A stretch of 54,191 nt of DNA from an uncultured bacterium (GCA_937923585.1 CALDSM010000905.1:1-54191), one strand, 5' to 3'; shown: positions 1 through 9,531, numbered from the stretch's first letter. The notes: a model not told the origin generated them from the sequence alone. Numbers and translations are program-made.

Positions 1-44
1 CACCGAGATCTACACTCTTTCCCTACACGACGCTCTTCCGATCT
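1..44. other. Illumina TruSeq/P5 universal adapter remnant (non-biological)
   Basis: Bases 1-44 read CACCGAGATCTACACTCTTTCCCTACACGACGCTCTTCCGATCT. This is the 3-prime 44 nt of the TruSeq universal adapter. Genomic sequence starts at 45. Confidence 0.97.
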
Positions 45-102
45 GGTCGAACTGGGCGAAGTGCTTTTGCAGTCCGCGGATGGTGAGCGTGTTTTCGGCC
101 AT
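45..102 (-). CDS. ABC transporter ATP-binding protein, first 19 codons only (cut by contig end/adapter)
   Basis: The reverse strand has ATG at 102-100 and reads MAENTLTIRGLQKHFAQFD, a typical ABC-ATPase N-terminus. It starts 3 nt after the stop of the GntR gene, a ytrA-ytrB-like arrangement. Confidence 0.45.
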
Positions 103-105
103 GGT

Positions 106-516
106 TCAGTCTTCCTCCTGGTGTTCGAGCATTTCCCTGACCATCTTCATAATTTCGGCTTTGCTGGCGCCGGATTCGATGCTTTCGCGCAGCGCCTGTC
201 CCAGCAGCAGGCGGGCACGCTCGCGCTTGGCCTGCCGGCTGCGCTCGGCCCCCCTCTCGGAGACGAAGGTGCCGAGTCCCTGCTTGCAGTGGATGATCCC
301 TTCCCGCTCCAGATCCTCATAGGCGCGCTTCACGGTGATCAGGCTCACCATCAGGTCTTCGGCCAGCGCGCGGAAGGACGGAAGGGCGGCACCGGGCCGC
401 AAACGGCCCTCGCTGATCTCCCGTTTGATCCCGTCCATGATCTGCTGGTAGAGCGGACCGGGCGCGGCGCTCGAAATCGGCGGGATGATGAATCGCTGTG
501 GCTGCGGGGGCACCAT
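106..516 (-). CDS. GntR-family (YtrA-like) transcriptional regulator
   Basis: Within ORF 106..534. Winged-helix GntR signature PLYQQIMDGIKREISEGRLRPGAALPSFRALAEDLMVSLITVKRAYEDLEREGII, followed by a short helical tail. ATG at 516-514 is preferred over the upstream TTG. Confidence 0.85.
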   Translation of the reverse strand: MVPPQPQRFIIPPISSAAPGPLYQQIMDGIKREISEGRLRPGAALPSFRALAEDLMVSLITVKRAYEDLEREGIIHCKQGLGTFVSERGAERSRQAKRERARLLLGQALRESIESGASKAEIMKMVREMLEHQEED

Positions 517-520
517 ATAG

Positions 521-541
521 TGTATATATACCAAATATACA
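521..541. promoter_or_regulatory. Putative GntR/YtrA operator palindrome
   Basis: Inverted repeat TGTATAT (521-527), N7, ATATACA (535-541). It sits in the only AT-rich patch of the GntR/SDR divergent region, directly upstream of the GntR start. Confidence 0.35.
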
Positions 542-783
542 GTGGCTTGTCAAGGGAACGCGCGGGCGGCACTTGCCCAAGTCGGGGCGGCAGTATTGCT
601 GTTGTGCCCGATCTCATCTGCTGCCCATCCGCCCGGATGCACAACAGGTCCAATCCGGGAACGTGATCGACGGCTTTCCGCCCCGAACCCACAGCGCCAT
701 GGGGAAACGCCCCGGCGCGGTCTGCTAGAATAGGCCATGCTTTTCTGGAATTTTCCGCAACACCAACACAGGAGACATGAGTC

Positions 784-1542
784 ATGCGTTTGAAGGACAA
801 GGTTGCCATCATCACCGGGGCGGGCATGGGCATGGGCCGCGAGGCGTCGGTCATCTTTGCGCGCGAGGGTGCGAAGGTCGTGGTGTTTGACATCAACGAG
901 GCAGCGGCCAATGAGACCGCGGCGCTTATCGCGGCGGACGGCGGCGAGGCGCTGGTTGTCGTGGGCGACGTGAGCAAGGAAGCCGACGTGAAGGGCGCGA
1001 TTGACGCGGGCGTGGCCAAGTTCGGCAAGATGGACATCCTTTACGCGAACGCGGGCGTGCTCAACAAGAAGCTCGATCTGTCCGTGGTGGACACGACGGA
1101 AGAGAACTGGGACCGCATGCAGGCGATCAACCTGAAGGGCCCCTTCTTCCTGACCAAGCACGGCATTCCGGCGCTCAAGAAGAGCGGCGGCGGCTCGATC
1201 ATCCTTATCGGCTCGATCTCAGGCCTGGTCGGCTTCACCATGGCGCAGGACTCCTACACCTGCGCCAAAGGCGCGCTCATCGCGCTGACCAAGTCGCTGG
1301 CCATCCAGTTCGGCCCGGACAACATCCGCACCAACATCATCCACCCCGGCATGATTGACACGCCGCTGCAGGCCCCCTACCTCAACGAGGAAAAGAAGAA
1401 GGCCATCGCCGCCGAAATCCCGATCCGCCGCCTGGGTGTCGCAAGCGACATTGCCTATGCCGCGCTGTATCTCGCCAGCGACGAGTCCACCTTCTGCAAC
1501 GGTTCGGAACTGGTCGTGGACGGCGGCTTCTACGCCGGATAA
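784..1542 (+). CDS. Short-chain dehydrogenase/reductase (FabG-like SDR)
   Basis: Rossmann motif TGAGMGMG, NAG motif, and catalytic YTCAK (YxxxK). 252 aa, classical SDR length. Confidence 0.9.
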   Translation: MRLKDKVAIITGAGMGMGREASVIFAREGAKVVVFDINEAAANETAALIAADGGEALVVVGDVSKEADVKGAIDAGVAKFGKMDILYANAGVLNKKLDLSVVDTTEENWDRMQAINLKGPFFLTKHGIPALKKSGGGSIILIGSISGLVGFTMAQDSYTCAKGALIALTKSLAIQFGPDNIRTNIIHPGMIDTPLQAPYLNEEKKKAIAAEIPIRRLGVASDIAYAALYLASDESTFCNGSELVVDGGFYAG

Positions 1543-1698
1543 ACCGGGGAAACCGCGAACGCACGCTTTTGGCACAGCGCCCGCCTGCATGATTGCAGGC
1601 GGGCGCTGTCGTCCATCATACTGTTCTTTGCGTTTCCCGTGTGGGCGCGGCGTCTGCCCGTGTCCGGTTCGGGAACAGGCGCTGTGGAGTGGCGGTTT

Positions 1699-3030
1699 AT
1701 GCAAGGACCGAAGATACGGTTGATAAAGACGGCGGGAATGACGGTGCTGTTTGCCGTGCTGGCGCCGCTGGCCCTGTTCGCGCAGGACGGCGCGCAACCC
1801 GCCGCGGAGACGAATCCGCTGGGGTTGGCCATGATGCGCCAGCATGCGGAGACCTTTGCCCCCGGCCAGCCTTTTGAGGTGGCCGTGACCATCAGCGCGG
1901 CGGCGGCGGGACAGATCACGGCGATGGGACTGCGCGAAACGCTTCCGCCCGGGTGGAAACTGGAGGCCGTGGCAGGAGCGAACGGGGCCCCGCCCGACGT
2001 GTCGCCGGCGCCCGGCGCGGCCGGACTGCTGGAATTCGCCTGGATCACCGTGCCGCCGTTTCCGTATACCTTCACCTACACGGCCACCCCGCCGGAGGGG
2101 GACGGCGGCGTGAAGGAGATCCACGGCGCGCTCGAATACCGCGAGATGGGCGGCGCGCATTATGCCGCGCCGGTTATGACCGAAGTGCGGGGACCAGACG
2201 CGAAAGCGCCCACGATTACGCTGAAGGGTGACAATCCGGCCGCGCTCAACGTGGGCGACACGTGGCAGGAGCCGGGCTACACGGCACTGGACGGGAAAGA
2301 CCAGGACATTTCCGGGAAGGTGGTGATCGGCGGCACGGTGGACACCAGCCGCGCCGGTGAATATGGGCTCACCTACAGGGTCTCGACTGATGACGGCCAG
2401 CACGTCGCTGTCTCGCGCACCGTCGTGGTAAAGGACGGAAGCGCCCCGACTTCCGGAAAGACTGCTGCGGCGGGCGCGGTGGGGCCGCTCCGCGAGCCGG
2501 GTTCCTCAGGCCGCGAGAATTCCAACCCCATTGCCGCATCCGTTGGCAGCAATCCGGGAAACCAAGCCGAGACTTCCCAGTTCCCCATGCCGACAGCCGC
2601 CGAGGGGGAAGCGGAGGCGGCGTTAAAAAGAATGAAACTGCCGGACCTTTCCCCATTCCGTCCGCATTCTCCGGAAAAGACCGAGGACAAGTCTGAGACG
2701 AAGGCTGGCACGGCCAAGTCTGCCCCCGCATCGCCCCAAGCCCCGACGGCATCCCCCGCCCCAACGCAACACCGCGCGCCCGTGCCGAAAGAAATGCTCG
2801 ACTCCGCCGGGATGGAGGGGGAGGAACAGCCGAACCCGGCCGACGCATCGTCCTCCGGCTCTGCCGCGCAACCGCCCGCACCAACCGCTCTGGAAGGGTC
2901 AGCCAAGACCTTGATTGCGGCGGTGGCGGCTTTGATGGTGCTGCTGGGCGGTCTGGGATTGCTGGGTTGGCGGCTCGTGTACAGTCGGCCGGTCCGACGC
3001 AGGCGTCCGCCCAGTCCGCCGTCACGATAG
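1699..3030 (+). CDS. Secreted, C-terminally membrane-anchored protein with one DUF5011-type Ig-like domain
   Basis: Signal peptide MQGPKIRLIKTAGMTVLFAVLAPLALFAQDG. The segment APTITLKGDNPAALNVGDTWQEPGYTALDGKDQDISGKVVIGGTVDTSRAGEYGLTYRV matches the repeat unit of the 14.5-18.1 kb gene. A Pro/Ala/Ser-rich linker follows, then TM helix LIAAVAALMVLLGGLGLLGW and RPVRRRRP. Start moved from 1639 to the ATG at 1699. Confidence 0.7.
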   Translation: MQGPKIRLIKTAGMTVLFAVLAPLALFAQDGAQPAAETNPLGLAMMRQHAETFAPGQPFEVAVTISAAAAGQITAMGLRETLPPGWKLEAVAGANGAPPDVSPAPGAAGLLEFAWITVPPFPYTFTYTATPPEGDGGVKEIHGALEYREMGGAHYAAPVMTEVRGPDAKAPTITLKGDNPAALNVGDTWQEPGYTALDGKDQDISGKVVIGGTVDTSRAGEYGLTYRVSTDDGQHVAVSRTVVVKDGSAPTSGKTAAAGAVGPLREPGSSGRENSNPIAASVGSNPGNQAETSQFPMPTAAEGEAEAALKRMKLPDLSPFRPHSPEKTEDKSETKAGTAKSAPASPQAPTASPAPTQHRAPVPKEMLDSAGMEGEEQPNPADASSSGSAAQPPAPTALEGSAKTLIAAVAALMVLLGGLGLLGWRLVYSRPVRRRRPPSPPSR

Positions 3031-3097
3031 GTCCGCACACGCCGACTTTCGACCTTGCCGCTCAACACAGGTTCGCAATACGCGAAGAGACATCCTT

Positions 3098-3286
3098 ATG
3101 GACGAACCCACGAAAGAAGATTTGGAAGAGGCCCTGAGAACCATATCCTCTCTTGTTCACAAGATCGAAAAGGCGAAGGAACATTTGGCTCAGGGAACTT
3201 CGCAGTGGACACTTGCGAAGAACAGGCTCAAGGCACTCCGCATCGCATCCTCGTTGGTGACAAAGTCATTGGAGGACATTCATTAA
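3098..3286 (+). CDS. Small (62 aa) all-helical hypothetical protein
   Basis: Only clean ORF in the 3031-3351 gap. It is locally lower in GC, has amphipathic helical sequence (EEALRTISSLVHKIEKAKEHL, GTSQWTLAKNRLKALRIASSLV) and a weak RBS. No family assigned. Confidence 0.4.
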   Translation: MDEPTKEDLEEALRTISSLVHKIEKAKEHLAQGTSQWTLAKNRLKALRIASSLVTKSLEDIH

Positions 3287-3351
3287 GGCGGGCTTGTTGC
3301 AGCCACGCGCCATGCCGCGCCACTTTTGCAGTGGCGGAGCGGTGTCCGGTG

Positions 3352-5928
3352 TCATCTCATGACCGCGCCGCTCACGCCGCGATTCACCAGCGCTGCGATG
3401 CCTGCCAGCACCTGGGCCATGCTGATGCCGCCCGGCGAGGCAATGTACCGGGGTTCCCATTGCGGATGGAACTTGTCCTTGTACAGGCGCAACCCCTGAA
3501 AATTGTAGAAACGCCCGCCGTGTTCATAGAGCATGGAGGCGAACCGGTTCCAGAGCGGGGCGGTCTGTCCGCCTTCAATGCCCGACAGCGGTGCCATTCC
3601 CAGGTTGAACCGTGCGAATCCGTGCTGCGCACCCCAGCCTATCAGGTGTAGGAAGAGCGCCTCCATGGCCCCCTCGGGGGCGTCGGTGCGGTGGCGCATC
3701 AGATCCACGCTCAATTCCGTGCCGTCACCGGACTCGAGTATGTTTGCGAAGGCCACGATGCGCCCGTCGCGGCGCAGAACCGCCTGGCGGCACCGGCATA
3801 GATAGGTCTCGTCGAAGTACCCGAGCGAGAAAGCCTTCTCCCGGCTCTTCTTTTCCTCAAGCCATTGGTCCGACACCTGCCGAAGTTCGCCGAGGATCGC
3901 CGGCACGTTATCGCGTTCCTTGATCTCAAAAGTCACCGAGTCGCGCTCCATCCGGTGCAGCAGGTTGCGCTCGTTCCTGTGCGATGCGCCGTCGAGCGAC
4001 CAGGTGTGCAGGTCCACCATCGCCTCCTCGCCGAACTTGCCCAGGGACAGGCCTATGTCCGCGTACAGATGCAGGGTTTCCGGGCGCACCTGGTAGAAGA
4101 CGGTCATTAGCCCGGTGCGGTCGCACAGGTCGCGAAAATCCCAGACCAGATCGCGCGCCGCCGCAGGGTCACCCACGGGATCGCCCATTGCCACAGCACA
4201 GCCGCCGGACAGGCCGTACATGATGAAGGCGGGCCGTGTTTCATGGAACAGGAACCGCTTGTCGCCCAGGTAGGCGAGCAGGGCGGCGGTGCTGCCCGAG
4301 CACTTCTCCGCCTCGGCAATCCGGTCCCAGTCCGGCGGCCCGCTGTCCGGAATCGCCGTCGCCGGACGCAGCAGCCTGGCCAGGGAAAGGCCCGCCAGCA
4401 GGACACCGGCCCCGACGGAAGCGCGCAGCGCCCGCGGCGCGCCCTCGGAAAAGGCAAACTGCCACCACAGTTCCGAGGAGTACTCGACGTGCCTGTGTGC
4501 GAAGACAAGCAGCCATGCCGTGCTGGCCGCAATGACGGCGATGGCCCCCACCCAGCCCAGCCCAAAGCGCGGCGCGAACAGGGATGAATGGCGTTGAAAC
4601 TCCCGGCGGCAGGGAAGCAGCGCGGCCAGCATCATGCCCAGCACCGCCGCCTCCTCGAAGTCCAGCCCCTTGAGCAGGGACAGCACCGCGCCCGCGGCCA
4701 GCAAAAGGACGGTCAGCCAATAGGCGGCATCCAGCCGGCGTTGCAGGCCGCGACCCAGAAACAGCAGCGCCACGCCGACAAGGCTTGCCAGAAAGTGTGA
4801 AAGCTCCACCATGGGGAGCGGCACGAGACCCTGCAGCAGGGTGATGCGGTTGTGCGCCGGAGGCGTGGCACCCGAGAAGAGCAGAATGGCGCCGCCGACC
4901 ATGGTGCTGACGGCAAACACGCTGGGGATGACAGGGGACAGATTGCGAAGCAAGGCCGGAAACCGGCCCAGGACCGCGCGGCGGGTGAGCAGCTCATGGC
5001 CGCCAAGCAGCATGCAGGCGATAAACAGGGGAACGAGATAGTAGACCGCGCGGTAGAGGAGCATCGCACTGAGGAGATGCGGGCCCGACACGTAGGGCGA
5101 CAGAAACGCCACGATGACGGTCTCAAACACGCCCAGCCCGCCCGGCACCTGGCTGACCAGCCCCGCGATGACGGCAATCATGAAGAAACCCGCAAAAGAC
5201 ACAAAACCCAGCGGCTTGTCGAGATGGAGCAGCGTGTAGAAGACCGCGCTCGTCAGCGTCAGGTCCACCGCGCCAATCAATATTTGCGCAAGGGCCAGAC
5301 GTCCGTCGGGCAGGGCCAGCTCATGTGTGCGCCAGCGGACCACGCCCCATCCCAGCGCGCTTAGCAGCAGATAACCTGAGGAGAACGCAAGCAGCGCCAG
5401 ACCCAGGGGAATGTGCAGGTGCGCGGGAAACAGGGCGGGCAGCGCGCCGGCCGGCTCAAGCAGGCTGGCCAAACCACCCATGGTGGCAAGACCCAGCAAT
5501 CCCGTCATCGTGCAGAACGTGACAACGCGGACGATGCCGACCGGGTCCACGCCCCAGGCCGAGTACAGCCGGTAGCGCACCGCGCCGCCGCTGAGTTCGG
5601 AATGGCCGACATTGTTGCTCAGCGCATAGCCGATGAATGAAGCCAGCGCAAGCCTTCTGTACGGCAGCGACACCCCCGCATAGCGGAACCCGAGCACGTC
5701 ATACAGCGTGAGCATGAAATAGCTGCCTGCGGCGAGACAGGCGGCGAGCAGAACGCGGGACAGGGCGACCTCCTGAAATGCGTCACGCAGTTCGTGGTAG
5801 TGGTAGTCACGAAAGACGCGGTGCATCGCATACGCCGCAAGAAGGAACACCGCCAATCCAAATGCCGGCGCCACCCGGCGGGCCAGCATGCCCATCGAAT
5901 GTCCTTCAGCCTTCATGGGGTCATTCAA
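3352..5928 (-). CDS. mprF: Bifunctional aminoacyl-phosphatidylglycerol flippase/synthase (MprF family)
   Basis: 858 aa. The N-terminal ~500 aa is a polytopic membrane region. The C-terminal cytoplasmic region carries FIMYGLSGGCAVAMGDPVG and YNFQGLRLYKDKFHPQWEPRYIA, typical of the DUF2156/LPG-synthase domain. Confidence 0.9.
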   Translation of the reverse strand: MNDPMKAEGHSMGMLARRVAPAFGLAVFLLAAYAMHRVFRDYHYHELRDAFQEVALSRVLLAACLAAGSYFMLTLYDVLGFRYAGVSLPYRRLALASFIGYALSNNVGHSELSGGAVRYRLYSAWGVDPVGIVRVVTFCTMTGLLGLATMGGLASLLEPAGALPALFPAHLHIPLGLALLAFSSGYLLLSALGWGVVRWRTHELALPDGRLALAQILIGAVDLTLTSAVFYTLLHLDKPLGFVSFAGFFMIAVIAGLVSQVPGGLGVFETVIVAFLSPYVSGPHLLSAMLLYRAVYYLVPLFIACMLLGGHELLTRRAVLGRFPALLRNLSPVIPSVFAVSTMVGGAILLFSGATPPAHNRITLLQGLVPLPMVELSHFLASLVGVALLFLGRGLQRRLDAAYWLTVLLLAAGAVLSLLKGLDFEEAAVLGMMLAALLPCRREFQRHSSLFAPRFGLGWVGAIAVIAASTAWLLVFAHRHVEYSSELWWQFAFSEGAPRALRASVGAGVLLAGLSLARLLRPATAIPDSGPPDWDRIAEAEKCSGSTAALLAYLGDKRFLFHETRPAFIMYGLSGGCAVAMGDPVGDPAAARDLVWDFRDLCDRTGLMTVFYQVRPETLHLYADIGLSLGKFGEEAMVDLHTWSLDGASHRNERNLLHRMERDSVTFEIKERDNVPAILGELRQVSDQWLEEKKSREKAFSLGYFDETYLCRCRQAVLRRDGRIVAFANILESGDGTELSVDLMRHRTDAPEGAMEALFLHLIGWGAQHGFARFNLGMAPLSGIEGGQTAPLWNRFASMLYEHGGRFYNFQGLRLYKDKFHPQWEPRYIASPGGISMAQVLAGIAALVNRGVSGAVMR

Positions 5929-6054
5929 TCCTTCGTCTCCGCTCTTGAATGACTGCGGATGCGGGACGCCTGCCCCGGCCTTCCATTGGCGGCGGGGTCA
6001 ACGACAGGCTGGGGCGCCTGTCCCGCATTGCCCGTCGCAAAGCCGCCGTGCCGC

Positions 6055-6411
6055 TCAGGCCTCGTTGCCGGGATCCTCCCCGGAATCCACCACCACATCA
6101 TCCTCCACCGCCGCCACATCCGCCAGCGCCCGGCAGGCCGCCTCCGCGTCCTCGGCGTGCACCTGCACCGTACACGGCCCAACGCCGTGAAGCAGGAGGC
6201 CGGCCAGTACGGTCTGCACCCAGGCGTCAATGCCGCAGCTCTCCAACTTGGCCCGGACGAGTTCCGCCGGGCCCTCCTCGCCCTCGAATACCGTCACGAG
6301 ATCCGTGTATTCCTCCTCGTCCGACGAAAGCGATTCAACGAGGTCTGCGTCGCACGCGTCGCAGCGGGTGTAGCCCGCCTCAAATTCCGAGCTACATTTT
6401 GGGCAGAACAT
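6055..6411 (-). CDS. Zinc-ribbon plus DUF2007-like small protein
   Basis: MFCPKCSSEFEAGYTRCDACDADL (CxxC...CxxC) followed by ~90 aa with an acidic tail. GGAGGAG RBS lies about 5 nt upstream of the ATG at 6411. The longer 6055..6657 ORF adds only Arg/Pro-rich sequence. Confidence 0.65.
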   Translation of the reverse strand: MFCPKCSSEFEAGYTRCDACDADLVESLSSDEEEYTDLVTVFEGEEGPAELVRAKLESCGIDAWVQTVLAGLLLHGVGPCTVQVHAEDAEAACRALADVAAVEDDVVVDSGEDPGNEA

Positions 6412-6571
6412 GACGTCTCCTCCCGCAACATGATGTTGCGCTTTGTTGCGGACACCCGCCGCCGCAGGGTCAGCCCCCGCGGCGCCGGTCCCGTGACAGA
6501 ATAACACACCCGGCGTTCCGGGCATTTCGCCGGGGCTTCTATTCTTGCACGGTCTTGGGTATGATGGAGCC

Positions 6572-6640
6572 ATGAAACCGGTCACACGCAGGCATTTTCT
6601 GGCGGGCGCGGCCGCGCGCGGCCTTCGCGCAGGACGGCCC
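6572..6640 (+). other. Twin-arginine (Tat) signal-peptide coding segment, out of frame with the downstream ORF
   Basis: ATG at 6572 encodes MKPVTRRHFLAGAAA, a near-perfect TRRxFL Tat motif. The downstream reading frame contains AAFAQDG (A-x-A cleavage-like site) at 6618-6638. The frames differ by one base around the GCGCGCG run at 6614-6620. Confidence 0.6.
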
Positions 6641-6728
6641 CACCGCGACCCCGGCACCCGCCGCGGCGCAGCGGCGAAGCTGCTACAACAACTTCGCCGA
6701 GCATCTGCTCAACGCGTTCAATCCGAAC

Positions 6729-8135
6729 ATGTTCTATCCCGACCTGCCGTACCGGTGGAGCGATGAGGCGTGGTTCCGGTTCATTGACATGATCGGCGAT
6801 TTCGGATTCACGCATTTCGAGTTTTGGCTCGTGCCGCGCCTGTTCAGCCGCGCCGGGCTGGAGCAGCCTTTCGGCGAGGCCTTCGCCAAACAGATGAACG
6901 CCGTCATCGCACACGGTCACGAAAAGGGCGTGGGGGTAAAATTGCTCGCGGCGCTCACCACCATCGGCGACGACTGGCACACGCACTGTCCCAATGTCCC
7001 GGAGGAATGGGACGAGGTGGTGATGCTGTGGGACCGATGGACCAAACGGCTGCCGGGACTGGGCGTGGTCGGCATTTTCCCCGGCGACCCGGGCGGCTGT
7101 TCACGCAATGGATGCACCGCAAACACCTTCATTGACGGCGCGCTCAAGATTGCCGAGGTGGTGAAGAAGAACCAGCCGCAGGCGGAAATCGAGATCGGCA
7201 CCTGGGGCACGCCCTTCTGGGGCTGGGGCACCATCGAGGGGCCACCCGGATGGAAGGGCGAGTTCATCCAGTCCATCCAGGGCACGGCGTGGAAGTTCGA
7301 CAAGAAACGCGCCGATGAGGCCATGACGTACTTTCTCAAGCGCCTGCCCGATTTCCCGAAGGACACGTCGGTCTCCATCAACCTCGCGTTCAATCCCGAC
7401 GGCAACCCGGACCAGGGAACCGGCGAAATGGACGCGCGGCCCTGGGCGCGTGAAATTGCGAAGACCCACCGCGTGCTCACCTGGGACTTCAGCCTGACCG
7501 AGGGGGAAAACGCGGTTGCACCGCATTACCGGTTCGAACGCCTGTTTGCGCAGCGCAAACGCGAACAGGAGGCCGCGCCCTACAGTGGCGGCATCTGCTT
7601 CACCATGAGCCCGCTGCTCAACCAGCTTTCGCTGTACCAGTCGGCCCAGTCCTTCATGCATCCGGACGCGGACCCGGCGGCGCTCACGCGCAAGTTCTAC
7701 CGGCGGCTTTTCGGTGCCGAGGGGGAGAAGCTCAACGAACTCCTGCCACTGTTCGAGATCATCCCCGACTGGGGCAACTACAACAGGATAGATGTGCCGC
7801 GGCGGGAGTATCACGCGCGGATGAAGGAGGGCGCGGATCTGCTCCGCGCGCTCGAAGGCAAGGCCGACAACACCGTGCCCTTCAACCCCAGCCCCGAAGA
7901 ATACCGGAAGGAATTGCTGTTCTTCTTTGACCTCTTCCGCGATCTTAGCGGTGATGCACCAGACTTCGACGCGCTCACGAAGCAGTACTGGCAGCGCGTC
8001 TACGCCATCTACGACCGCCTGCCGAAACATGTGGACCCGCGCCCCTACGGCGCCACGGAGCGGCTGATCCGGTTCTTCGACCCGAAGTGGTCCGGCGCAC
8101 GCAACGGCCCGCTGCCCGGCAAGTGGAGTACATGA
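6729..8135 (+). CDS. Hypothetical exported protein (body ORF; probably continuous with the Tat signal at 6572)
   Basis: 468-aa ORF, with the frame open upstream to 6576. The upstream in-frame sequence reads ...AAFAQDGPTATPAPAAAQ.... No family recognised by eye. Confidence 0.7.
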   Translation: MFYPDLPYRWSDEAWFRFIDMIGDFGFTHFEFWLVPRLFSRAGLEQPFGEAFAKQMNAVIAHGHEKGVGVKLLAALTTIGDDWHTHCPNVPEEWDEVVMLWDRWTKRLPGLGVVGIFPGDPGGCSRNGCTANTFIDGALKIAEVVKKNQPQAEIEIGTWGTPFWGWGTIEGPPGWKGEFIQSIQGTAWKFDKKRADEAMTYFLKRLPDFPKDTSVSINLAFNPDGNPDQGTGEMDARPWAREIAKTHRVLTWDFSLTEGENAVAPHYRFERLFAQRKREQEAAPYSGGICFTMSPLLNQLSLYQSAQSFMHPDADPAALTRKFYRRLFGAEGEKLNELLPLFEIIPDWGNYNRIDVPRREYHARMKEGADLLRALEGKADNTVPFNPSPEEYRKELLFFFDLFRDLSGDAPDFDALTKQYWQRVYAIYDRLPKHVDPRPYGATERLIRFFDPKWSGARNGPLPGKWST

Positions 8136-8180
8136 ACCCGTTTCGTGCCCGTCTGTGTGCCGGTGGGGTATGATCCCGGT

Positions 8181-9179
8181 ATGAGAAGATTTTCTGCCAT
8201 CCTTCTGGCCTTTGCCGCGCTGATTCCCGCCTGGTCCGCCCCTGCCGCAACGCTTCAGGACGGCCCGCTGCTCGTTGAGTACGCCGCGGAGGATCAGGAT
8301 GCCGCGCAGCGGGCCATGCGGGAGTTAAAGGCCGCGGCGGCGGAGTTCGCGCCGCGGCTGCCGCTGGGCGACCAGCCGGTGCATGTGTTCATTGCACCAA
8401 ACGTGGCCTCCTTTCACAGCCGCGCGCCGGGGTTCATGCCGGGGCAGGTGAGTGGTGTGGCTGATCCGGAGCGGGGGCTCATCACGGTGAAATCGCCGCG
8501 ACTGCGGGGCGCGCGCGCCAATTTCTTGGACACGCTGCGGCATGAACTGGTCCACGTGCTGCTGGCGCGCAACACGAAGGACGTCTTTCTGCCGCGCTGG
8601 CTCAACGAGGGGCTGGCCATGTTCATGGCCAAGGAATATCAGTTTGCCACGCCCATGACCATGGCGGTTATGTTCTTCGAGAACAGGATGATTGAATACA
8701 AGGACCTGGACCGGGCCTTCGTGAATCCCGGCCAGGAGATGGAGTTCGGCGACGCCTACGCCCAGGCGCTGTCGCTCACGCGGCACCTCTACAAGCGGCT
8801 CGGACCGGACCGGTTCTGGCAGGTGGTGCTGGCCACGCGCATCATGCCTTTCCCCGACGCACTGCGCGAACACGGCGGATTGGACGTCCGGGAAATGATG
8901 CGGGGCTATACCCGGTCCCTGTGGCTGGTGGTACTCGTCGGGGCGGTGGCTTCCGGGTCCTTCTTCGCGCCCATTTCCGTGCTGACCATTGTGGCCTGGT
9001 TCCGGGTGAGCCGCCAGCGGGCCAGGGTGCTGGAGGGTTGGGCGCGGGAGGAAGAGGAGGAAAGCCTGCGAAACCTGGTGGACCCACGGCCACCGCTCAT
9101 GACCTGGGAGGAGGCGTTGGACGACGACACCACCTATGTTCCGGGCATTGATGATGAGGAGGACGCGGAACGGTATTGA
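8181..9179 (+). CDS. Peptidase-MA-like zinc metalloprotease, secreted with C-terminal TM anchor
   Basis: Signal peptide MRRFSAILLAFAALIPAWSAPAA. HELVH (HExxH) is followed about 20 residues later by NEGLAMF, the gluzincin third ligand. TM segment LWLVVLVGAVASGSFFAPISVLTIVAWF and an acidic tail. Confidence 0.7.
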   Translation: MRRFSAILLAFAALIPAWSAPAATLQDGPLLVEYAAEDQDAAQRAMRELKAAAAEFAPRLPLGDQPVHVFIAPNVASFHSRAPGFMPGQVSGVADPERGLITVKSPRLRGARANFLDTLRHELVHVLLARNTKDVFLPRWLNEGLAMFMAKEYQFATPMTMAVMFFENRMIEYKDLDRAFVNPGQEMEFGDAYAQALSLTRHLYKRLGPDRFWQVVLATRIMPFPDALREHGGLDVREMMRGYTRSLWLVVLVGAVASGSFFAPISVLTIVAWFRVSRQRARVLEGWAREEEEESLRNLVDPRPPLMTWEEALDDDTTYVPGIDDEEDAERY

Positions 9180-9273
9180 CCCCCAACTCCGCGCCAACAA
9201 AATACACAACGCCCCCTGCGCATACAGAGGGCGCCATGAAAGCGATTACTAATTGTAATTGAGGGAACGGAGG

Positions 9274-9531
9274 CTAATACTGTGCGACCTTGACATCCGC
9301 GCCGCCGCCGCCCGTCGCACCGCCGCCGGCACCGCTCGCCGCACCGCCAACACCACCGGCACCGCCGCTCGTCGTGCTGACCGCCTTAAGCTGGCTGGCA
9401 TCCACCGTCGTCGCGGGGGCGGTCTGCGTGGTGTCCGCAGCGAGTGCGAGACCCGCCGACATGACCAGAACGCCCACAAGGATGGCCGCACACAGACCCA
9501 TGTTTCGCCGTATCATTCTCATAACGCTCAC
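9274..9531 (-). CDS. Small secreted glycine-rich protein (hypothetical)
   Basis: Sec-type signal MIRRNMGLCAAILVGVLVMSAGLALA, then a ~55-aa Thr/Gly-rich mature part (SGGAGGVGGAASGAGGGATGGGGADVKVAQY). An AT-rich promoter-like region lies upstream (9540-9640). Confidence 0.35.
   Translation of the reverse strand: MSVMRMIRRNMGLCAAILVGVLVMSAGLALAADTTQTAPATTVDASQLKAVSTTSGGAGGVGGAASGAGGGATGGGGADVKVAQY

Noticed and set aside
1219-2403. 394-aa minus-strand ORF spanning the SDR 3-prime end and the surface-protein gene
   Set aside because: It overlaps two plus-strand genes that have clear motifs. Composition is typical of antisense high-GC ORFs.
6412-6657. N-terminal 82-codon extension of the DUF2007-like ORF
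   Set aside because: Arg/Pro/Gly-rich and overlaps the Tat-signal region on the other strand. An internal ATG with a strong GGAGGAG RBS gives a sensibly sized protein.
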